A stretch of 32,000 nt of DNA, taken from assembly GCF_000195855.1 (NCBI RefSeq), contig NC_002677.1, positions 1,560,001-1,592,000 on the forward strand. The letters run 5' to 3'. The translations under genes were made by a program, and so were the position numbers. Positions 10,300 to 18,349 of the stretch are shown here, piece after piece. Numbering within the stretch: position 1 is the first letter of the stretch; each line of letters starts with the position of its first letter. The notes beneath the pieces are model-generated. The model searched no databases. It saw only the letters and a list, made by a program, of their open reading frames with translations, and was not told where the DNA came from. The DNA comes from Mycobacterium leprae TN (GTDB taxonomy: Bacteria > Actinomycetota > Actinomycetes > Mycobacteriales > Mycobacteriaceae).

Positions 10300-11560
10300 C
10301 AGCATTGTCCCTCAGGATTGGTCAGTTCGTAGATTTCTTCTCCTGCACTGACGATGAAGATGGTGTTGCAGCTCATCTGATTAACGGTGTAGAGCGATCG
10401 GTGTGCTCGTGTCGGTAACGGTTTCGCGCAATCAGGGTGGTGTGTAAATTATCGATTGGCAAGTCGCAGAATATCTGCACGGTATTCCACGTCGCCGACG
10501 GCACGCACGCTAATGTAGCTAATGTAGATGGATATCAACGCGCTGAGGAAAGACACATATGGATTCAGAGAGTTCGGCGCCGGAAGTGTCATGACCAACA
10601 TGTGTCACGCCACTGGTGCTGGTGTGTGTACGTTCTGTGAGCAGCGCTGGACTCAGCACGATCAGCCCGAGGACGATGTAGATGGTGGCGGTTACTACCG
10701 CCACCATCTACATCTGCATCAGTTGTGAAGTGGCCATCACGAAGACGACGTTGAGACGTTCGGCTCTGGTGAGTGCGGCACTGGGTGAGGCGTCTAGCAT
10801 CGCCGCTACGGGTAGTGTCCGGGGGCCAGCCTTTCGGTCCTCCTACGGCAGCTCCACAGTCGACTTCATCGTCGGTTTGACCCGGTTCGATGGTGGCGGA
10901 GAGGACACAGGTGCTTTTGCGGTGCCGGTCAGAAAAATCATCGCCAGCCATAGTGCTCCCTGATGAGCGTCGTGGCCACAATCCAGACGTAGGTGTTGAA
11001 AACCACCAGTGTGGTTAGCAGCACAACGGGAGGGTTCGGACCTCCAGGGCACCTACTGTCGGAAGGTGTGACGGTGTCATGCGCATCGCCCATCCCAGCA
11101 CGGATCCCAAAACGCTGGTAGCCAAGATCGGTATTGCGGGCTACCACGAGTACCGATGAAAGCAGGTCAGCGACCCTCTCGCTTTTGACGATTACCATGA
11201 GTACCGTCACTCTGCCGCGCTGGTCGTCGTGATCGCGCATAGTTGGCCGTGTGATAGTTACCTGGACATCCGCCAGCTGACGACCGTTATCAACTAGGAA
11301 GAGGGATCCCGACAACTGACAAGCCTACCCATTTGATTGGTTGTTGGCTCAACCTGGATATCGACGTGGTGGCCGTCGGTGATGATGACGATCGGCATAG
11401 TGCGGGCTTGCTGAGTTCCATAGATCGCCATGATTGGGGCTGGCTGCAACCACAGTCGTCGCCAGCAGCCTCGACGGTTCAGCCACTGCCGGCAAGCCGC
11501 ATTCCAAAAACCAGCTTTAAGCCGTATCACGTGCCGATGCTCGGTAGCAGAGGGAAAGCC
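10300..11560 (-). pseudogene. Unidentified decayed gene(s), probably a membrane/transport-type protein remnant
   Basis: Minus-strand fragments lie in different frames. They include MPIVIITDGHHVDIQ and RVTVLMVIVKSERVADLLSSVLVVARNTDLGYQRFGIRAGMGDAHDTVTPS, which is loosely Rossmann/RCK-like. Hydrophobic runs are also present: VVLLTTLVVFNTYVWIVATTLI, GALWLAMIFLTGTA and VVTATIYIVLGLIVLSPALL. No frame stays open beyond about 130 codons. I could not assign a family. Confidence 0.3.
10675..10714. repeat. Perfect 18-bp inverted repeat with a 4-nt spacer (40-bp palindrome)
   Basis: The left arm GATGTAGATGGTGGCGGT (10675-10692), spacer TACT, and right arm ACCGCCACCATCTACATC (10697-14) are exact reverse complements. 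The core ATGTAGATGG also occurs at 10522-10531, next to a 9-bp tandem TAATGTAGC/TAATGTAGA (10511-10528). Confidence 0.95.
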
Positions 11561-11655
11561 TCAAGCTCACTTACCCTAGCGGCGTTGGTGCAAGCGGCAC
11601 TCGACCCAGTCAAGCAGAATTGCACCAGAAGCCGAGTACTATTTGGGACTTGAGA

Positions 11656-11880
11656 TCATATGAAACAGAAGATGATCGCCGAAGCCTGTGTTGTTATTGC
11701 CGGATCTGGAATCGTGGGCACGACTGCCGTGATTCTCCCCCGAGGGTGCCGGAATGCGGGTTGTTTTATGCGAAGCGGTATCTCAAGCCGGAGGACGAAG
11801 CCAGGAGTGTTCACCTTGCTGAGGATCAGCCTACCGAGCTTAGTTTGCTGAGTGTACACGGGTGGGTTATCAGACCCTGC
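11656..11880 (+). pseudogene. N-terminal remnant of an FAD-dependent oxidoreductase (DAO/GxGxxG type)
   Basis: ACVVIAGSGIVGTTAVIL..G.....(R)SGISSRRT resembles the dinucleotide-binding betaalphabeta motif (VVIxGxGxxG) followed by the G-S-S-x-R segment of DAO-family flavoproteins. The frame collapses after about 63 codons. The extent is unknown. Confidence 0.3.
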
Positions 11881-12137
11881 TGAAGTTGTTCTTGCGCATG
11901 CCCGCCGAGGACCGTATGATCGTGTTCAACAACCTGGTCGGCGTGACTAGGTAGTCCCTGTATACAAAGACCGCCCGATGGACCAAACGGCCATCCCCGT
12001 TTCTCTGTATGCCGGCGGCCAACTTGTTTACGGATTAATCGGCAAAGCGCTCCACTCGCTGGTGCAACTTGGCCGGATTTCATAGCGGAATGTATTGGTG
12101 ATCGTTGGCCTGACTTAAAGAGGATTGGCACTTTCAG

Positions 12138-12617
12138 ATGTCATCCGCTATCTTGTATCTTTACGCTCGCTTGTTCCTGCTGTGGATGTGCAAAGAGGAA
12201 GTTGTCGCGGAGTTGGACGATAGCTTCTATGCAGACTATTTAGACCTAAACTGCAAGTATCCCGATGTGCAAATGTTCTTTTCAGTCTTACCAAACATTT
12301 TTGTTGCAGCCCGTCCGAGTGCGAAAACGGCCGTGATTGCTCCTGTAATTCTCAAGGGGCCGTTTCACTTTACCGGTGGCGCACCAGCCTTGGACGGCGC
12401 CAAAAGCACATTCAAGCATGATGATGAATGGACCGACGAGTGGGCGCATGGTCGATCCTTGGATGCGTTAACTCTACAACCTCGGCATCGACTACAGTTC
12501 AACATACGCATTTCTGATCTCGAATGCGAGGACAGTCGGATAGCTGCATTGATATCCACTGATTCCCGCAGATTAGCTTGCGATTATTCTCTTCCTGCCT
12601 TATCTGACGCTGCATGA
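12138..12617 (+). CDS. Orphan hypothetical protein (159 aa) in low-GC DNA; may be the longest frame of a decayed gene
   Basis: This is an intact ATG..TGA ORF with a hydrophobic N-terminus (MSSAILYLYARLFLLWMC) and no motif I recognise. G+C is about 47% in the one line I counted, which is low for this genome. No obvious Shine-Dalgarno sequence is present. Coding-like stretches continue downstream in other frames (e.g. LHEVAKEDYVKQHLPHFEQCVYNCA*). Confidence 0.3.
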   Translation: MSSAILYLYARLFLLWMCKEEVVAELDDSFYADYLDLNCKYPDVQMFFSVLPNIFVAARPSAKTAVIAPVILKGPFHFTGGAPALDGAKSTFKHDDEWTDEWAHGRSLDALTLQPRHRLQFNIRISDLECEDSRIAALISTDSRRLACDYSLPALSDAA

Positions 12618-12984
12618 GGTGGCCAAAGAAGACTATGTCAAGCAACATCTTCCGCATTTCGAACAGTGCGTATACAATTGCGCTTGAGTGGCCTAACGTA
12701 ATTCAATTTTTTCTTGCACGATATCCCTGACATGGACTTCGTTTGTCCGCCCGGGAAGTGTCGGCACGTATTTTGAACGAGAAAGGGCTCTGATTTTCAT
12801 TCTCCAGGGAGAAATTTTCTGGAAACATCAGCCTGCTGGAGGGAACCAAATAGTTCTATCGATAACTTGGAGTTATGTGGATTAAGCCCGGTCCGTTTTT
12901 CCGTCGACTGGCAAGCAAATGTACGCTAAATGAAATTTAGGCCAAGCGTCACGTACACTATGATGCGTGAATCCGCGAAATCGT

Positions 12985-13670
12985 CATAGTTGGTTTGGTT
13001 TGGGTGGTGGTGTTGTGGTGGGCTGGTGGGGTGTGGGTGGTTGATCTGCGCTAGAAGGTTGCCGTATGTGCCGCCGACGGCCGGATCATCGATGCACTGT
13101 TCACTAACACGATACTGCTGCACCCGGCGGCATGCCTGCTTGCTGGCTGAGGGCCGGTCAACAAGCCGCCGACACCGATACCAGCGGCAGAAATGGTGCA
13201 AGGGATAACATCAGGTGCGAATAGTTATACCGTGCACGGGGACGTGCCTGTTCAGGTGCGGCCACATTGACCACGCCGACACCTCAAGGCCATGACATGC
13301 ACACTAAAACGCCCCTACCCCGCGGCGCTAACAACTATCCTCACACTCACGCCTGCATCGATATCGCCTTCAGCACAGCCCAGGTGCCCAGCCCCTGGCA
13401 TCATCAACATGTAGACCAAGCAGCATCCACCACCGACATGCTTACGTGCGCCGCGCTAATCGTGTCCACTGCGGCAAAGCACACGAAGCCTCATCGAAAG
13501 CAGGCAGTCAGCCACCCACCAACAAAAACCCCGCAACACAGCAACAAACGATTTAGTCAACACTGTCGAACATGCGAGCGCGTAGTGCGCGCTTCACCGC
13601 AGCCTGGCGCTCTCCGCCGATTTTTGTGTATTCGCACATATAGTGCCAAACTTCTTTCTTGCCGTTGAAG
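12985..13670. repeat. RLEP, the M. leprae-specific dispersed repeat (one copy; ends approximate)
   Basis: The copy contains exact matches to RLEP assay oligonucleotides as I remember them. These are CGCTAGAAGGTTGCCGTAT (13049-), the probe complement CGCCGACGGCCGGATCATCGA, TTCACTAACACGATACTGCTGC, CACCGATACCAGCGGCAGAA (13173-13192), CAGAAATGGTGCAAGGGA, GACCACGCCGACACCTCA, CCTCAAGGCCATGACATGCA (13282-13301) and CCACCGACATGCTTACGTGC (about 13430). The left end has a G/T-rich tract at 12990-13045. Confidence 0.9.
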
Positions 13671-13916
13671 CAATCTATTTATCGGACTTAAACCGGTTTG
13701 TTCCTACTATGGAGAGAGCGGCCACCTCATAGTTATCTGCCTGTTCTACGAAATCATCGACGTCAACGCTTCGCACGTTAACTATGGACTGCAAATCGGT
13801 TTCCGGATTTTGCGCCGTTGCGCTTCTCTGGCGTATAGACCGATGGTTATGGAACCGGCGTCGCACCGAGACGCACGCCCGCGTACGCCGTCGACGCGTC
13901 CCCTAGGCTTCAAGTC

Positions 13917-15461
13917 ATGCAGCGGATTATTGGGACGGAGGTAGAGTATGGCATTTCGTCCCCGTCGGACCCGACCGCCAACCCGATCCTCACCTCGACG
14001 CAGGCGGTCTTGGCCTACGCTGCTGCCGCTGGCATTCAGCGTGTTAAACGCACCCGCTGGGACTACGAGGTGGAATCGCCGCTGCGGGACGCCCGGGGCT
14101 TCGATCTAAGCCGGTCAGCGGGACCGCCGCCGGTGGTGGACGCCGATGAAGTTGGCGCTGCCAACATGATCTTGACCAACGGGGCGCGGCTGTATGTCGA
14201 TCATGCGCACCCGGAGTACTCTGCCCCCGAATGCACCGACCCGCTGGACGCAGTGATCTGGGACAAGGCTGGGGAGCGTGTGATGGAAGCCGCCGCTCGG
14301 CATGTCGCTAGTGTGCCGGGAGCCGCCAAACTGCAGTTGTACAAGAACAATGTTGACGGCAAGGGTGCCTCCTATGGGGCGCATGAGAACTATCTGATGT
14401 CGCGGCAGACACCGTTTTCAGCTATCATAGCTGGGTTGACCCCGTTTTTGGTGTCGAGGCAGGTGGTCACCGGCTCTGGGCGGGTCGGCATCGGGCCCGC
14501 GGGTGACGAGCCCGGCTTCCAGCTGTCCCAGCGTTCCGATTACATCGAGGTCGAGGTCGGGCTCGAGACTACGCTGAAACGCGGCATTATCAACACTCGC
14601 GATGAACCGCACGCCGACGCCGACCGGTATCGCCGGTTGCATGTCATCGTCGGTGATGCCAACCTGGCCGAGACATCGACCTACCTGAAACTGGGCACCA
14701 CGGCGCTGGTGCTCGATTTGATCGAAGAAGGTCCAGTACACGGAATAGACTTGACCGACCTCACGCTGGCCCGGCCGGTGCATGCTGTCCATGCGATAAG
14801 CCGCGATGCATCGTTGCGGGCCACTGTGACGTTGGTCGACGGCCGTGAATTGACCGGTCTTGCGCTACAACGGATTTACCTCGACCGAGTGGCAAAGCTG
14901 GTCGACAGCCGTGACCCTGACCCCCGCGCAGCCGACGTCGTGAAAACTTGGGTGCACGTGCTTGACCAGCTGGAGCGCGACCCGATGGACTGTGCTGAAC
15001 TGCTGGACTGGCCGGCGAAGCTGCGGCTGCTTGAAGGTTTTCGGCAGCGGGAGAACTTGAACTGGTCAGCCCCGCGGCTACATCTAGTCGACCTGCAGTA
15101 TTCTGACGTTCGGTTGGACAAGGGGCTGTATAATAGGTTGGTCGCCCGCGGCTCGATGAAACGTCTGGTCAACGAACACCAGGTGCTCCGGGCGGTGAAC
15201 AACCCGCCGACCGATACTCGCGCGTATTTTCGCGGCGAATGCTTGCGCCGGTTCAGTGCCGACATCGCCGCGGCCAGTTGGGACTCAGTGATCTTTGACC
15301 TAGGCGGTGACTCGCTGGTTCGGATCCCGACCTTGGAGCCACTGCGCGGCAGCAAGGCCCATGTCGGAGCGCTGTTGGACTCGGTGGACAGCGCTGCGGA
15401 ATTAGTGGAGCAATTAACTACTAAGCCTGTTGACCCGGGAAAGGTCGGACTGGACCGGTAG
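13917..15461 (+). CDS. dop: Pup deamidase/depupylase Dop
   Basis: This 514-aa ORF has [16 protein letters not shown]..., ...[17 protein letters not shown]..., [11 protein letters not shown] and [10 protein letters not shown]...[12 protein letters not shown], giving a carboxylate-amine ligase fold. It is paralogous to pafA in this window and sits directly upstream of pup. Confidence 0.95.
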   Translation: MQRIIGTEVEYGISSPSDPTANPILTSTQAVLAYAAAAGIQRVKRTRWDYEVESPLRDARGFDLSRSAGPPPVVDADEVGAANMILTNGARLYVDHAHPEYSAPECTDPLDAVIWDKAGERVMEAAARHVASVPGAAKLQLYKNNVDGKGASYGAHENYLMSRQTPFSAIIAGLTPFLVSRQVVTGSGRVGIGPAGDEPGFQLSQRSDYIEVEVGLETTLKRGIINTRDEPHADADRYRRLHVIVGDANLAETSTYLKLGTTALVLDLIEEGPVHGIDLTDLTLARPVHAVHAISRDASLRATVTLVDGRELTGLALQRIYLDRVAKLVDSRDPDPRAADVVKTWVHVLDQLERDPMDCAELLDWPAKLRLLEGFRQRENLNWSAPRLHLVDLQYSDVRLDKGLYNRLVARGSMKRLVNEHQVLRAVNNPPTDTRAYFRGECLRRFSADIAAASWDSVIFDLGGDSLVRIPTLEPLRGSKAHVGALLDSVDSAAELVEQLTTKPVDPGKVGLDR

Positions 15462-15492
15462 GGTAGAGAAAGACTAGAAACAGGAGGCGGCG

Positions 15493-15684
15493 ATGGCTCA
15501 GGAGCAGACTAGGCGTGGTGGTGGAGGTGATGACGATGAGTTCACCAGCAGCACGTCTGTGGGCCAGGAGCGTCGCGAGAAGCTGACTGAGGAGACCGAC
15601 GATTTGCTCGACGAAATTGACGATGTCCTTGAGGAGAATGCGGAAGACTTTGTTCGCGCGTACGTACAAAAGGGCGGACAGTGA
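15493..15684 (+). CDS. pup: Prokaryotic ubiquitin-like protein Pup
   Basis: This is a 63-aa acidic protein ending ...[17 protein letters not shown], the C-terminal GGQ of the form that needs Dop deamidation. AGGAGG (15482-15487) lies 5 nt upstream of the ATG. Confidence 0.95.
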   Translation: MAQEQTRRGGGGDDDEFTSSTSVGQERREKLTEETDDLLDEIDDVLEENAEDFVRAYVQKGGQ

Positions 15685-16556
15685 CCCGGTCGTTTCCTGA
15701 TCGTCTGCCTACAAACTTGGCATTTCCCGGAATTTCAGTGATAAATCAGTCCTCGTTCGTCGACCTGCTGCGTCGCCAAGCGCCAGAATTGCTACCGGTG
15801 AGTCTTGGCGGCGGCCAATCTGGCGGTGGTCAACAACTGTCGCACGGGACCACGATCGTCGTGCTGAAATACCCAGGCGGCGTCGTCATCGCGGGTGATC
15901 GCCGTTCTACTCAGGGCAATATGATCGCCGGCCGCGATGTGCGCAAAGTCTACATCACCGATGACTACACCGCCACCGGTATCGCCGGCATTGCTGCCGT
16001 AGCGGTCGAGTTCGCCCGCCTCTACGCGGTCGAACTCGAGCACTATGAGAAGCTCGAAGGCGTGCCGCTTACGTTTGCTGGCAAGGTAAACCGGCTTGCG
16101 ATCATGGTCCGTAGCAATTTAACGGCCGCGATGCAGGGGCTGTTGGCGCTGCCACTGCTGGCGGGCTACGACATTCATGCACCTGACCCGCAGAGCGCGG
16201 GGCGCATCGTCTCTTTCGATGCCGCCGGCGGCTGGAACATCGAGGAAGAGGGCTACCAGTCGGTAGGGTCGGGGTCGATTTTCGCTAAGTCGTCGATAAA
16301 GAAATTGTACTCGCAGGTCTCCGATGCTGATTCTGCCTTGAGGGTAGCCATCGAGGCGCTCTATGACGCAGCCGACGACGATTCCGCTACCGGAGGGCCG
16401 GATTTGGTCCGTGGCATCTACCCTACGGCGGTCACTATCGGCGCTGAGGGAGCGGCCGAGGTAACAGAAAGCCGGATCGCCGAACTTGCCCGCGAGATTA
16501 TCGAAAGCCGTTCACGTGCGTACACTCTTGGCTCCTTTGGCGGGAGTGAGAAATGA
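15681..16556 (+). CDS. prcB: 20S proteasome beta subunit
   Basis: The GTG start overlaps the pup stop (GTGA). A propeptide is followed by the catalytic Thr at ...[25 protein letters not shown]. The protein is 291 aa. Confidence 0.95.
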   Translation: MTRSFPDRLPTNLAFPGISVINQSSFVDLLRRQAPELLPVSLGGGQSGGGQQLSHGTTIVVLKYPGGVVIAGDRRSTQGNMIAGRDVRKVYITDDYTATGIAGIAAVAVEFARLYAVELEHYEKLEGVPLTFAGKVNRLAIMVRSNLTAAMQGLLALPLLAGYDIHAPDPQSAGRIVSFDAAGGWNIEEEGYQSVGSGSIFAKSSIKKLYSQVSDADSALRVAIEALYDAADDDSATGGPDLVRGIYPTAVTIGAEGAAEVTESRIAELAREIIESRSRAYTLGSFGGSEK

Positions 16557-17350
16557 GTTTTCCGTACTTCATCTCACCTGAACAGGCTATGCGCGAGCGC
16601 AGCGAGCTCGCTCGCAAGGGTATTGCTCGGGGCCGCAGCGTGGTAGCGCTAGCCTATGCTGGCGGTGTTTTGTTCGTCGCGGAGAACCCGTCACGCTCAC
16701 TGCAGAAGATCAGTGAACTCTACGATCGAGTGGGCTTTGCGGCCGCAGGTAAGTTTAATGAGTTCGACAATTTACGCCGCGGCGGGATCCAATTCGCTGA
16801 TACTCGAGGTTACGCTTACGATCGCCGCGACGTCACCGGCCGGCAGTTGGCCAACGTCTATGCGCAGACGCTTGGCACTATCTTCACGGAACAGGCCAAA
16901 CCTTACGAGGTTGAGTTGTGCGTAGCTGAGGTCGCGCACTACGGTGAAACGAAACCGCCTGAGCTGTACCGGATCACCTACGACGGATCGATCAACGATG
17001 AACCGCATTTTATGGTCATGGGTGGCACTACGGAGTCGATCGCTAACGCGCTCAAAGAGTCGTATGCCGAGAATGCCAGCTTGACCGACGCTCTGGGGAT
17101 CGCGGTCGCAGCACTGCGGGCGGGCAGTGCGGATGCCGCCGGTAGCGATCAACCTACCCTTGGCGTGGCCAGCTTAGAGGTGGCTGTCCTCGATGCTAAT
17201 CGGCCGCGGCGGGCTTTTCGTCGGATCATCGGCTCTGGGTTGGAAGCATTGCTGCGGGAAAAGGATTCCAAAGGCTCCAAGGGTGCTCAGAATCCCAAAG
17301 GTGCTAGGGATTCGAAGAATTCGAAATCCTACGGCGAATCAACGGATTAG
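16553..17350 (+). CDS. prcA: 20S proteasome alpha subunit
   Basis: The ATG overlaps the prcB stop (ATGA). The sequence runs [27 protein letters not shown]...[22 protein letters not shown]... and is 265 aa, ending in an unusual Lys/Ser-rich tail. Confidence 0.95.
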   Translation: MSFPYFISPEQAMRERSELARKGIARGRSVVALAYAGGVLFVAENPSRSLQKISELYDRVGFAAAGKFNEFDNLRRGGIQFADTRGYAYDRRDVTGRQLANVYAQTLGTIFTEQAKPYEVELCVAEVAHYGETKPPELYRITYDGSINDEPHFMVMGGTTESIANALKESYAENASLTDALGIAVAALRAGSADAAGSDQPTLGVASLEVAVLDANRPRRAFRRIIGSGLEALLREKDSKGSKGAQNPKGARDSKNSKSYGESTD

Positions 17351-17598
17351 GGGTACAGCCTATTCGGTCGTTAGTGGCCAATTCGGCGAGCACTTGCAGC
17401 ACTCATTGCTGTTAGACTGCATACGACGGTGACGTTGGACGACCACGTCAAGCAGTTTGGTGCGGCGTCTGGATGGCTGAGCGGCAGATGTCCTTCAAAA
17501 AGGTGTTCAACGACGTGATTCGGGACAGTGTCTTAGGGCGATTCGAGCCGCACCGGTTTACCGCATGTATTACTGACTTGGCCTTGTCCGCAGTAAAT

Positions 17599-17745
17599 CT
17601 TGATTGGGCTTTGCCAATTGCGGCCGAATTCGAGGACGAGGAACTCGTGCGTCGTCTCAGCGGCTTCGGTCATGAGCGTCGCTCCTTCTTATCTCATCGT
17701 CTCGCTCCACATCGTCTACCGGCGCGGATCATAACTATTCATGAA
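17599..17745 (+). pseudogene. VapB-type antitoxin remnant
   Basis: LDWALPIAAEFEDEELVRRLSGFGHERRSFLSHRLAPH resembles the LDIDDELvrrAmeLTGaktKreav... core of VapB antitoxins. It has no usable start. The frame is out of register with the expected ATGA stop/start overlap at 17741-17744. Confidence 0.35.
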
Positions 17746-18244
17746 AATCGCCGACGCGAACGTGCTGCTGTATTCCGGTAACACGTCTAGCGAACACACA
17801 GGTCATCCTTGCGCTGGCTCAACGGTGCGACTATCGTGTGCTGATCGCATCGGATTCGGGTGGGTCCCGTTGTTGGTGTTCGTTCGGCCCGCGACCAAGA
17901 TGGGGTTGGTTCTTCGCACGATGTCTTCAGAGGATGCCATAGGTCAGGTCGCGGATTGGCTGACGGGGCCGAGCGCGGTGTTGATGTGTCTAACTGTGCG
18001 CCACGCCGCTTTCCTGGTAAAAATTCTGGTGTAACTGGGAACTGGCGGTAACCTCGTCAACGATGCCCACTTGATCTTGATAGCGCTTGCCGTCGAACAT
18101 TGCTCGAGCATCGTATCCCATGACAGCGACTTTGGCCGATTCGACAGTGTGCGCGGGGATCAACTATCGGCGCTGCTATCCCTTTATAAGGGTAAGCTAG
18201 CACATGAACCGGTCCTAGTAGATCTGATTAACGGCAGGCCCTAG
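17741..18244 (+). pseudogene. VapC (PIN-domain) toxin gene inactivated by an in-frame TAA
   Basis: MKIADANVLLYSGNTSSEH...GFGWVPLLVFVRPATK... is followed by TAA at 18035-18037. The same frame then continues LGTGGNLVNDAHLILIALAVEHCSSIVSHDSDFGRF. PIN acidic positions are visible (D5, ..NDAHL, SHDSDF). Confidence 0.6.
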
Positions 18245-18349
18245 AGGGGCTAAACTCGTCTCTGGGAGCTGGTCAAGTAATGCTACCGATGGTGTTGCTG
18301 ATACGCTCGGGGCAATGACGTCTTCTTGCCAAGCGTAATAACTGGCCAG

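Noticed and set aside
12926-13668. ORFs inside RLEP (91 aa minus strand, 72 aa and 133 aa plus strand)
   Set aside because: Their composition is low-complexity His/Pro/Thr-rich, and they show no transposase or other motif. RLEP is not known to encode a protein, so I did not call them as CDS.
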